From positions 35,278,001 to 35,342,000 of the forward strand of contig NC_135669.1 in NCBI RefSeq assembly GCF_964188315.1: a stretch of 64,000 nt of DNA, written 5' to 3'. Shown here piece by piece: positions 52,921 to 63,919 of the stretch. The stretch is from Podarcis muralis (Eukaryota). The notes under the pieces were generated by a model that ran no database searches, had not been told where the DNA came from, and was given only the letters and a program-made list of their open reading frames with translations. Position numbers and translations under genes: made by a program. Numbering within the stretch: the first letter of the stretch is position 1; each line of letters starts with the position of its first letter.

Positions 52921-54602
52921 GGCAAACAGAATCAGACCAGGAGAGGACATTTTGTTAAATGGAATGTCAGTGCAGATCTTCTTACTCAACAAATTTAGAC
53001 ATTGGTTATGACCCAACTGTATAAAAATGTATAGACTCAATTGTGCAAATATATTTGTTGGTTTTTTAAAAAATAATAATGACGATGATATTATGTTGGG
53101 TTGTATATTATATGTTTTCAGAAACTTTAGACAAAAAAGTTGATGCATTTTCTTTATGCCCCCCTAATTCTTTTCTATTGTTTTGAACCCCCACCCCACC
53201 CCCCCAGCAGGAGTAAGATGCTGCAAGTCAGTATCTTGGCTCTAAAAAAAGCAAAGTGCTCCCTCTTTTTTCTCCCCCTCCACCCATGCTAAAATGATGA
53301 AAACTGTAGATCTTTCTTTTCCCTGCAAGATGTTTCCTCCTCCCCCCCGGCCCCCCCCCATATTACTTCATGGGTTAATGGGTCATTTATGCAAAATGGG
53401 TAAGATGAAAGCTTTACTTTGTAAATATGTAAATAGAAAGAAAGCTAAGTAACATAATACATTAATACTTCTTAAACTGTGCTCTTTGCAGACTTTTAAT
53501 GGCGTGCAAGGCCACTGCTGAGTTGCCTGCAGCATTTCTCTTGTTATATGACAGCTAAATCCCTTCAGCTATGCAATGAATTCTAGGGCTTTTCACAAAA
53601 GCCTCTTTTAAACTCAAAGGAGCCTTGTCAACAAACTCAACCACCCACTTAGAAGTCATACTTTCCCTGAACATACTTTTCTCACCTGCTTGCCACCTTT
53701 TTTGATGAAAAAAGTAAGCCATCCAAACTTCAGCAAACAGAACTTTAGTATCAGCTGCTGCTGCTGCTTATTACCACTTTTGTCTTGTGCTTTTCAGTTG
53801 CAAAGTGTTGTACAGTATTTGATCATGTCCGTCCAACTTGTTGTAGCCCTACCGGGGTTACTAGGATTCACATTTTGCAAATCAGGAATTTAAGTCTGAG
53901 GCAAGGACTTGCTCAAAGCAACTTAATGAATCCTTAGCCAGGCCAGGCCTGAACTCGTGTCTCCAAGAGCCAAAACCAAATTTCTGTCCATGGTTTTACG
54001 TTTTCTCTCTCTTGCTAAAGCCCCGTATCTTGCCAGGGAAGTCTCAAAAATGATGGTGCCTGCTTGTGTAAGGGTGCTACATCATGGCTCAGCTATATGT
54101 GCAGTGATCTCTTAATTGAGGCCAGTGGGCAACTCCTCCAGTCCCTGATGTCACCTTCAAATTTCTGGTCCAACTATAGGGTTGCCAGAACTCTGGGGCT
54201 AACATAACTCCATTCAGCAAATGAGGCATTTGACTTCATAGAGTGGTGCTGAGCAGTCACTACCTGTATATCCCACTGGCTGGTTTCTAATCACCTCCTG
54301 CTCTTCCCTGCCTGCCACTGCCTCTCCCAGATGGACGAAGCCATTTCCCAAAGGTGCTAAATTGCCAAGCAACTCATCAGTTGCTGGAAAAAGGGAGGGG
54401 GTGTACTTCTTAACCACCACCAGTTGAACTTGAAGGAGCGTTGAGATGGAGGGAATAGGAAAGAGATGTCTCAGATGCCCCAAGATATCGGGCCTTGTCC
54501 TGGTGACTCCATCCATTTTCCGAAATTAGCTGCACCTAGACTATAGTGATTACAAAGCACACCCACATTGGACCTTGCTCCCCAAAATGTGATGGTTTTA
54601 AC

Positions 54603-54751
54603 CAGTGCTATTTTTCTAGAAAAAGAGGTGCTGTAACTCACCATGAACACCTCCCTCGTTCTCTCGTTCTCTTAGAATGGCAATGGCACCCACTTGAGAG
54701 GTGCCGGAACTGAGTTCCTGTGAGCCCCCCTCCCCCCCCAAAAAGGCCCTG
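54603..54751. mobile_element. hAT non-autonomous element inside the AUTS2 3'UTR
   Basis: CAGTGCTATTTTT...AAAAAGGCCCTG termini; 8-bp TSD GTTTTAAC at 54595-54602 and 54752-54759. Confidence 0.85.
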
Positions 54752-55919
54752 GTTTTAACAGTGTCCCAGGAACAGGCTGTAAAGAAAATAAACAATGGAA
54801 CTAATGTGTTCTTGTTTCCTTTTGTTATATATTGTTACTTCTGGAAGCTCATGGGCTTATTCTGCAGAGTGGCAGGCCATAAATAGGCACCACAGTAACA
54901 TTGATCCAATTTATTTCTAAATTCAGAGTGTTATGAACCTGGCACTTCTAGGGATATGCACAGTATATTTTTTAAGGCAGCTCTTCTTGGAAATGTCTGG
55001 TTATTCTGGATTTCATTGGTGTTGTGGGGACTGAGGGGGGGGCAGCCATTCATGCCTCTTGTTTTGGGTTGGATGCATATTTCCTCTCTTCCCATTTCCC
55101 CTGGTCAGCAGAAATCTGCTTCATTAAACAAGACATTCAGGCTGCAATGGTATATATGCTTACCTGGGAGTCCACCCCGTTGAATTCAATGGGACTCACT
55201 TCTGAGTAGGCCTGTATGGATTGCACTGGCTTTTCAGAAACAATTGCACTGTATGTTGATACTTCTTTCTTGCACAATCAATTATTGGATTAGTTTATTC
55301 ATTTTATTTTTTTATTTTTTTATTTTTGGTTGTAATTTCTGCTATTAACTCAGCATGTTCTAACCACAGTGGCAATGGATTCACAAGATAAAAGATAAAT
55401 ATATATTAATTTTAAAGAATGGAAATTGTTTTAGCCTTTTTGAAAACCTCTGTTTTCATAAGTTTTATTTTTTATGTTGTGTTTCGAAATAATTTGGAGA
55501 GAATATGACTTTATCAGGAAGCTTACAATATCTTGTCTACTACTGGACTGTAAAAAAAAATATATGTATGGAATAAAAAAAAATAGTTCCATTGGTCTTC
55601 TAGTGTATTAAAGTGGTATCTCAAGTTGTTTTCCTGTTTGACAAAAAAGAAAAAGAGAAGTCTAATTACAGACAGCTGTTTCTAATGATCAGAATTCTAT
55701 TTTAGTAGTCAACTAAAAAAGTTTTAGTTGTAAACTTCAGATTTTGTGAACTCCAGATGTTGTGCAGTGTTTTATAAAGAACAAGTCAAAACGGACAAAA
55801 AAAAAAAGACGTAAGAAAATCCTGGGGCGGGGGGGATGTACACTGGCACTGTAGTGATAGCTTTCAGTATTGTAAAGAAATTGTTATATACAAATCTTTT
55901 TGCTGTTTCTCCTGTATGT

Positions 55920-55925
55920 AATAAA
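55920..55925 (+). terminator. Candidate alternative poly(A) signal AATAAA (others at 55572-55577 and 54787-54792)
   Basis: Canonical hexamer immediately after tgtatgta. Usage is unverified. Confidence 0.4.
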
Positions 55926-56046
55926 GTCCTTTCTAGATCCTATGTGAAAAGGAAACAAAAAATACAAAAAACCCTGAAGCGACATTCAATCCACAGCATG
56001 TTCCCTCATGAGCGAAGACTTGTGTAATGTAAATCTGTGCCATGTT

Positions 56047-56052
56047 ATTAAA
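56047..56052 (+). terminator. Distal polyadenylation signal ATTAAA
   Basis: Preceded by tgtgtaatgtaaatc (UGUA elements) and followed by gcgcttctttgtttggagtg (downstream U/GU element). Confidence 0.6.
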
Positions 56053-56365
56053 AAATGTGAACTAAACTGGTAGGCGCTTCTTTGTTTGGAGTGACCCTCA
56101 AGAGGAGGCCTAGGAAGGTTGGTGGGAGCCCATAGGATCTATTGACTCCACCCATTCCCAGCTGTGGCTCCGCCCACTCCCAGTAGGCAGTTCCTGCCAG
56201 AACGTGACCATCAACAGAACTGAAGTCTTCCACTCCTGCTAGAGTGGTGTATTCAGACATGGGGAATAGTTGTTTGCTAGCATTCCTTTCACTCTGCAGT
56301 ACCTTTTGTGTTATGGAACGGGCTTCTTGACTAATATATTGGCATGTCATGCTTCAATGTCTTTC

Positions 56366-57154
56366 TTCTTCTTTTAAAAAAAATGCTTTATTGATTTTAA
56401 AAACAAAACCACACAAAACAATCAACAGGGGAAAAAATCAATCCAAAATTGATACTTGTTATAGGTAACAAAATTATGATTAATTTCCACATGACTTCCA
56501 GTCCCCTCATTGTGATTCCTAAGTTACATTTATTAACTACACACTTATCTTTATCTCTCCTAAGTTGTTTCAGTTATAATAATTTTATAAAGTTCTCTTA
56601 TTTCATGCAGAAAGTCAATCCAGGCCTGTCAGAGAATTTATATTTTTACAATGTTCTTTTAGATAAACTCTGTATACGTCCCACTCTCTGTTAAATATTT
56701 GGTCAGTGTCATCTTGGAGTCTTGCTGGTAGTCTTGCTAATTCTGCGTATTCTCACATTCTGTTCTGCCAGTCTAATTTGGATGGAGTGGAGTCTCCATC
56801 CATTTGCGATTTGAATCCTAGTTGCTGCTATTGTTTACATAAAAATTCTCTATTATTTCTCTGGAATTTCATTGCTCAGTATGCCTAGCAGGAAGGCTTC
56901 AGGCTTCTTAGGAAAAGAACATTTAAACATTATTATTTAAGGTCATTATATATTGTTTCCCAAAATTCCCTGATTATTATTTTTTTGCAGTTCCACCACA
57001 TGTGGATCATAGTGCCTTCTGCCTCCCTACATCTCCAACAAATGTTTGACCTAGATTTATACATTTTGGCCAGTTTTGCAGGTGTTAAGTACCACCTGTA
57101 GAGCATTTTCATGAAATTCTCTTTTAAATCATAGTATGCAATGGATTTCAGATC
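56366..57154 (-). mobile_element. 5'-truncated L1/Tx1-like LINE (ORF2 C-terminus plus 3'UTR)
   Basis: Minus frame ...KMLYRWYLTPAKLAKMY...CWRCREAEGTMIHMWWNC has the CCHC zf-RVT pattern. Minus-strand AATAAA near 56386-56391. Exact 26-bp TSD TGGCATGTCATGCTTCAATGTCTTTC at 56340-56365 and 57155-57180. Confidence 0.9.
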
Positions 57155-57483
57155 TGGCATGTCATGCTTCAATGTCTTTCACTTCAGTGAGTGTGGCATG
57201 ACAAAGTCCTCGGTAGACAATGTTGCAACTTGCCCATCTCTTCCACACAGGCATTCCCCAATAACTCAGCCATGAAAATAGCAGGGAAGAACTGTATGCT
57301 GGCAGAGCACTCCCCTCCCCTTCACTCCCACGATTTCCCAAGTGAATGGGGCTGCAAACAAATTATTTCCAGAATCAACTCAACGTGGAAGCAAGTGCCA
57401 AACGTCCAATATATTGTGCTAGATTTCTGGAAGTAGCTTCTACACGTTGTGACACCCCAAATATAATGTGAAAGCCAAATGTG

Positions 57484-58083
57484 TGTGCTGGTCCCTGGGG
57501 CTAACCAAGAGGTGAGGTCCGAGTCCAGTCCGAGGTCGAGGATCCGGTATGGAGGCTGTCCATCAAAGGCGAGGCGGGGTCCAAGGCAGGGAGTCGGGTG
57601 AGGTCAGGAACTCTGGTAGAAGAACAGGACAGGGTGCAGGCAGGAACAGGCTACCAACAATGTTGCTCCCACAACCTGGGACTGGGGCTGACTGGCTTTT
57701 ATCTGCCCCGAGGCATAAGGCGGCCCCAGTCCACAGGTGACTCGCCTCTCCTGGCCTGGAGGCGAGCACTCCTCCTGCAGGAACTTAGTTCCCTCCGCCT
57801 CTCTGCCCTTAGCCTCTGCAGCTCAGGAGAGGCTGGAGGGTTACCAGACCCAGAGGCAACCTCCTCCTCCCCTGACGGGGCTGAGCGTGGAGCACCTGCA
57901 GGCAATGGGTCCTCCATCACCTCAGGGGCCAGAGCAGACTCAGCTGGTGCCTGCACCTGAGGATCCAGCACAGGTGAGGACCCTTCAGGCTCATGCCCAA
58001 GCCCCAGCTCAGCTGGTTCTGGAGGCGGGGACTCCTGTGCAGGCTGGGATTTAGCCTCTGAGTCTGAATCCCAGGCCATCACA
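57484..58083 (-). mobile_element. Solo LTR 1 (600 bp, probably Gypsy-type)
   Basis: Minus strand TGTGATGG...CCAGCACA (7/8 terminal inverted repeat), TATA-like GATAAAA at about 57697-57703, imperfect TSD ATGTG/CCGTG. Confidence 0.72.
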
Positions 58084-58751
58084 CCGTGGAAGAATAGGGA
58101 AATGGAACAAACGGCTGCTGTACTCTTGTTTTCATAGCAGAAAATACGGTACTTGCTTATATTCTGGATGAGTGGTTTTTAATCAGTTCTCCATTTTCAT
58201 CTCAAGCTTTGGTGATGCTGAGGAAACGTCACATTCATCAGAGTACCTGCCAGTTTGGTAAGTGATTGCTTCATGAATCCCTGCTGTCTCTCTTTGATCT
58301 CCAACATTTTAAGCAGTGTCAAGCCACTTTAAACAGACCTAACCAAAGTTGCCGGCTCCTCAGTGTTCATAGGGCCTCCGTATGCCATGTCAGGATGTTG
58401 TGTGGGCCTCCTCAATCCTCTGGAGAAGGTGGCGCCTCTAGCCCTGGCTTTCCTCCAAATAATCTTCAGAATTGTAGTATGTGAAAGGTGCTAGCTTGTT
58501 AGCAGCCCCCTCTGCCCCCTCAGAAAGCTCCAATTCCCAGAGTTCCATGGGAAGAGGGAATGCTTGTTAAACCACTCTGAGGAATTGGAGCCATGTGAGG
58601 GGAAGACAGAGGTCTCCTAACAACACTCAGCAGGAAGGACAGGATATAAATTTCATTAATTTAATTTAATGAATGAATGAATGAATGAATAGTAAAAGAA
58701 CTGCAGCTCCCAGGGTTCTTTGAGGAAAGCCAAGGCTGATGAAAGTGGGAA

Positions 58752-59007
58752 GGAAGCCAGCGTGGTGTAGTGGTTAAGAGCAGTAGTCTCATAATCTGGT
58801 GAACCGGGTTCACGTCTCCGCTCCTCCACATGCAGCTGCTGGGTGACCTTGGGCCAGTCACACTTCTTTGAAGTCTCTCAGCCCCACTCACCTCACAGAG
58901 TGTTTGTTATGGGGGAGGAAGGGAAAGGAGAATGTTAGCCGCTTTGAGACTCCTTCGGGTAGTGATAAAGTGGGATATCAAATCCAAACTCCTCCTCCTC
59001 CTCTTCT
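58752..59007 (+). mobile_element. Squam3-like SINE, second copy
   Basis: Aligns end to end with the 17955 copy; (CTC)n/CTT tail. Confidence 0.88.
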
Positions 59008-60178
59008 ATAATGTGGATGCTGTTAGGACAGTTTCTGCAACTTCTCCATGCAGAGAACCTGCTATTTGTTCTTCCTCTTGCTTCAAACATAGCTGAAGAA
59101 ACCTTTAAGAATTATTTTTCTCTCACTCAAGCCTGAGCTCATTCTGAGCTTTGGCCAGCCTGGTTTTCTCCCTGCGACTGCTGGCTATTCAACAGAAATA
59201 AAGAAGCAAGAATTTAGAAAGAGGACTGCAAGCAGAGACAAGGGAAGGACGACGTCTGACTCAAACACAGGTTGCAAGCAGATTGTTCCCTTGATTTTTA
59301 AATCTTTGCTTTTACAAGGATAATAATGGTAACTTATTCCACTGTCGCTCCAAAGATAAAACAATCATGTGCTCTTAGTATTACTTAAAATTGCATATCG
59401 TCATGTGGAAAGAAGTTGACGTCCCGGGAACTCCTGATCAAAGCAATAGCGTTATTTGGCTCAGACTGGGGAGACAGCTCCATTGACAGGGAAGTTCATG
59501 TTGATGGTTTAATTGTTGTGGGATCAAGAGAAGGAAGAGGGAGCAATGGTGAACCATGCTGCAGCCACTAGGGAACAAGACTTTCTAAATTAAAGACATT
59601 TTCTGAAAGGTAGCGGTCTTTCTCTAAAATAAGCAAATAAATAAATGGCTTGGGAGGACAGTGAACTCTCCATTGCTGGTGCTCAGAGATACATCCGTGA
59701 TATTACTAACCACTGCCATAATTGTCAGCATTGAGCTTCATACTTCCAAAAGCCACTGCAGGTGTACATTTGAATGCAGAGTTGACACATCGGGCTCAGA
59801 TGACGTACCATCTCTCATGTTTCTTCAGCATTCTTCTGTCCACATTCTGCTTTCACAGAGTCCCATCGATATGTGGGTTGAAAGAGAAACAATGTGGTGC
59901 AGTGGTTAAAGTGCTGAACAAGGACTGGGGAGACCCGGCATCAAAGAAATTTAGCGTGGGAAGAGACCTCAAAGGTCCAATACAGGAAGCCCATTGCTGC
60001 TCTGGAATCCCTGGTGGTTGGCTTAACAAAGGACAGCCCAGTAACTCCTGAAGTTTAAATCTCAACTCAGTCATGAAACTCTCTTAGTGACCTTGGATCA
60101 ATCACTTAGCCGAATAGCAGCCATATTCAATGTTCTCTGTTCACAGGTGCAAGAGCCCTTGTACTAGAAAATGGCAGG

Positions 60179-60934
60179 TGTCAGAGACTGCCTCCAGGTC
60201 CCAGCTCACAGAAGACCAACGCTAGCCGGCAGAACTGTACAAAAGTCTTTATTGAAGTTTAGTTTCCATTTTCAAGCTCTAGCGTGCGTCTCTACGTCTA
60301 GACCCTAGACCAGCGTAGCCTCGTCTGAGTCTCCGCCCCCTGTACACCAGTTTAAGACTCTAGCCTTACTCCACCTTCTTCGTTTCTCCTTCCGCCTCTG
60401 GGTCCTACTACCCCCCGGGGTGCCTTCCTTCCTGGACGCCTCGGATGCGGACCCCTCGGACTCCTCCCCCTCTCTTCGGCGGGCTTTGGGACCCGGCTCC
60501 CTCTCCGGGCTGCTCATTGCGCCACCCTCTTGTACATTTGAACTTGGCGCGCGCGCGCTGCCCCTGACCTTCCTTTTGACCGTTTCCTCGCTCTCTGATG
60601 CAGGCGTGGCTAACCCTGACTCATGTCCTTCCGCTGACGGAAAGCTGCCTGCTGCCGATGCTGGGACTCCTCCCCCCTACTGCTCTCTGGTGGGGAAGCT
60701 GGTCCCGATTTCCAGCTGCTGCTCTCTGAGTCCCCTCTGGCCCCTCCTTCCTGAGGTGTTCCCTCTGGCAACCCCCTAGCTCTGACCACGGGAGCCCCTT
60801 TCTGTGAATCCTCTGATTCGCTGGAGAGACTTAGAGACCTCGGACGGCTATCATCGCTGACCTCTCCCTCGGATTCCTCTCCCTCGGTCTCTAAATCCTC
60901 CCTTTCCTGTCCCTCTGCTCCTGAACCCCTGACA
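60179..60934 (-). mobile_element. Solo LTR 2 (756 bp)
   Basis: TGTCAG...CTGACA termini, exact 5-bp TSD GCAGG at 60174-60178 and 60935-60939, minus-strand AATAAA at 60248-60253. Confidence 0.9.
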
Positions 60935-61015
60935 GCAGGGTTTAAAGGATGTGCAACAAAGAAGTATAATGCAACCGTTGTGCTAGCAAAAGCTTCTTGT
61001 ACAACAACTGGTTCT

Positions 61016-61295
61016 TGTTGTGCAGTCTGTTGAACAATATATTTTGTGAGTGGAACCTATGACACCATGCACAACGAAGGTAACTCTTTATTTGCAAGAA
61101 CAGGATCTGCACAGACTTGGCAGAGTGTTAGGCCTAATGAGCTCAGGAACTCACCCCCAGGAGGTCATGTCCTCATAGATTAGACTCCTATGCCTCTTCA
61201 CAAGCCTGACCCATCCCTATCTCTTGGCCTCCCTCCTCTCCTCTCCTCCTTTGTTTAGATTGAGAGAAGGCACATAGAGAGATCACCTCGCAACA
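61016..61295 (-). mobile_element. Degenerate solo-LTR-like element
   Basis: TGTTGTG...CGCAACA termini, minus-strand AATAAA at about 61088-61093, weak TSD TTCT/CTCT. Confidence 0.45.
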
Positions 61296-62705
61296 CTCTT
61301 TAATACCAATTGCAAGGGGTTAAATGTCCCTTTATGAATTCAAAGCTCCTTCCCAAAGGTGCAGCATGCAGATTTATTATTAATTATAATATAATTATCA
61401 CCACCATCATTGCTGTTTATTAATTACCCACCCTTAACCTTAATATTCCAGGGTGGGACGTGTGTGAGAGAGTGAGAGAGAAATCCCTCAGTAACCAATA
61501 AACTCTTAACTACCTATATTTAAACGAATTGTTTAAAACAGTCTAAATGTTTACAACTGCACTAGGACCCATGAAATCAAATTAAAACCCAGCTTCCTCT
61601 GACACACTTATGCATTGAAAAGCATCTCATAGGCAAACACACACAGTTAAACTGTTCATAAAGAAATGCCTAAAATAAAATAGGTGTGTTAATGAATAAT
61701 GACCTCAAGCTGATTTCTAAGGAGAATATTAAAAAAGAGTGCAGCCTGTTGGCTTCTAATATCCCACCAAAGATTGCCAGGTGACTCTTAATTCATCACG
61801 AGCCACAGACCACCTGAATGTGGGAAAACCACTTAAGGGACCTTAGGCAAGAGTTTCAGGTGAGCCAAACATTAAGCTCTCCCTTGCTCATCTGCACCCT
61901 TCTATTTCAATAATAAGTTGCTTTCTACCATCTCAGACCATTTGTCCACCAGGTTTAGCATAAGCTACACTCACTTCCAGCAGCTCCCCAGGATGGGCGG
62001 CTGCAACATTTCCCATCATCCATTCCTTCATAGCCAGTGTTGGCTCATGACTGTTAGGACTTATACAGCGGACTGCAGGGAGTCCAATGGTAGGTGGAAT
62101 CTGTGCCAGTTAATTCTAGTTTTGTCTCCATGGTTGAGTTCTGCAAGGGCAACACGGCAGACGAAGGAGGAGAAAGTTGGCAGCCTGGACCAGTTGCAAA
62201 GGCGAGGTGGGCAGGTCAGGGCTGGCTTGGGGGCAAACTGAAGTTGGTGGGGCAATTGCCTTAAAGGAGCAGCCTCCGCTGCTAACAGCAATACGATATG
62301 CGTATCTTTCAGCCACAATTTCTTAGGTAAGGGGAAGCACCCAGTGCCACAAACGGTTTTATTTCTCTTTACAGATATGAGCTGCTGTGCTTTATTGAAG
62401 CCGCTAGATGGTGGTGGTGCAAAGATTTCAAATCCTAGCATGCAAGGTGTTTAATTTGAGAAGGAGGAAAGAGTGGCGTTATGCCCAGTGGGTTCAAGTG
62501 CAGTGCTCACTTAAGCTAAATTGCAATACAAGTCTGATAGTTAATTGGAACAGTTTGGGAAACCCCGGTTTGGGGGGTGAGGGTTCTAGAGTTGCTTCCC
62601 TTTCTGTTTTAACAGGTGCAAAAGAGCAAGGACAAATATCTGCATCTCCACTTTAGGGAATAATTCTGTCCAGTGCTTTTAATGGTACAGATTTGGAGGC
62701 AAAGT

Positions 62706-62719
62706 CTCCCTCCCTCCCT

Positions 62720-62783
<64 letters not shown>
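62706..62783. repeat. (CCCT)n(CT)n microsatellite
   Basis: Direct reading. Confidence 0.97.
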
Positions 62784-62784
<1 letters not shown>

Positions 62785-62916
62785 CTGTTGATCTGTGCTT
62801 TGTGGTTGCAGTGCATTCCACCATCTCGTTAATTCAAAAGGGGTTCATTGCATTGACATCAGTCCAGTTATTCTGGTGCACGTAGAAACATTTTGATGTA
62901 CACTCTATGCAGTATA

Positions 62917-63157
62917 AAGTGGTACCACAGTTTACAAACTTCATCCATTCTGGAAGTTGGTTCTTAAACAGAAACCGTTCTTAAACCAAGGCGCGCTTTC
63001 CCTAACAAGGCCTCCCACCGCCGGTGCCCTTCCACCATTTGACTTCCATTCGTAGACTGAGGTAAAGTTCTCAAACCAAGACACTATTTCTGGTTTTGTG
63101 GAGTTTGTAAACCGAATAGTTCGTAAACCAGACTGTTCTTCAACCGAGGTACCACAG
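62917..63157. mobile_element. Tc1/mariner MITE, related subfamily
   Basis: TA|aagtggtaccacagtttac...aaccgaggtaccacag|TA (degenerate TIRs). Confidence 0.75.
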
Positions 63158-63268
63158 TACTTTTAATATCCTGGGGCAGCATCTTAAACACATTTATTGT
63201 CCCTATGCCTACAGAGCAAGCTTGAAGGACAGTCATAGTCATGGCTTCCTCCCAAGAATCCTGAGAAC

Positions 63269-63919
63269 CAGCGGCGTAGCGTGGGTTGTCAGCACCCGGG
63301 GCAAGGCAAGTAATTTGCGCCCCCTAACCCGTGGATTTGCGCCCCCTAACCCTACAAATCTATGCCTATGAATGATGGTCACTCTCTCTCTCTCTTTCTC
63401 ATATTCCAATTGATTCCCATTTCCGCCGATCGATCCCCGAAGCTCTCACCCAGCGAAATTCGTGCGTAATTACGCTTCGCCATCCCTAATCCTGCCGCTT
63501 CCACCGGGAAATCATGACGGTGCGTTTCTCCTCTCCAAACTTTCCCCGGCCCTTTGCCGGCCAGCACAGCCCTTTTGGCTACGAGCTCCCCTCCTTCTCT
63601 GCCCGCTTCCGACCCCACCTCCCCGTCCAGCCTCCCTACCTCCTGAAAAAAGGTGACGGCGCTGAGCAGGACACCCCCGCGGCCATCGGAGAGAGGCGGG
63701 GCTGAGGGAGGCAAGCCAATGGGCGAGGCGGGGGTAGGTGGCCACGGGGGCGGGCGCTGCCGCAGTCCTCGGAAGGGCAAGGTAGGAGCAGGCGGAGGCT
63801 GGCCGGCCGCTCTGACAATAGGGGCGGGCCGAGAGCACAATGGGGCTGGGCCCTCTGGACTCGCGCCCCCCCCAGATGTTGCGGCCGGCACCCCTGGCAC
63901 CCCCCACGCTACGCCACTG
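63269..63919. mobile_element. hAT non-autonomous element with GC/CpG-rich interior
   Basis: 17-bp TIR CAG(C/T)GGCGTAGCGTGGG at both ends; TSD CTGAGAAC/CTGGGAAC (7/8); subterminal direct repeat ttgcgccccctaaccc x2. Confidence 0.88.

Larger units (their letters stand above)
52921..56070 (+). other. AUTS2: AUTS2 3'UTR (approximate end)
   Basis: AU-rich sequence after the stop. Ends near ATTAAA at 56047-56052, with UGUA motifs upstream and a U/GU-rich tract at about 56075-56090. The end point is inferred. Confidence 0.7.

Noticed and set aside
60547-60558. (GC)6 potential Z-DNA
   Set aside because: Too short, and lies within LTR 2.
63379-63900. 173-aa minus-strand ORF as a transposase or intact host gene
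   Set aside because: It lies wholly inside a 651-bp non-autonomous element, is GC-rich, has no DDE or BED motifs and ends in an (AG)n run. Only the possible captured-exon portion is kept as a finding.
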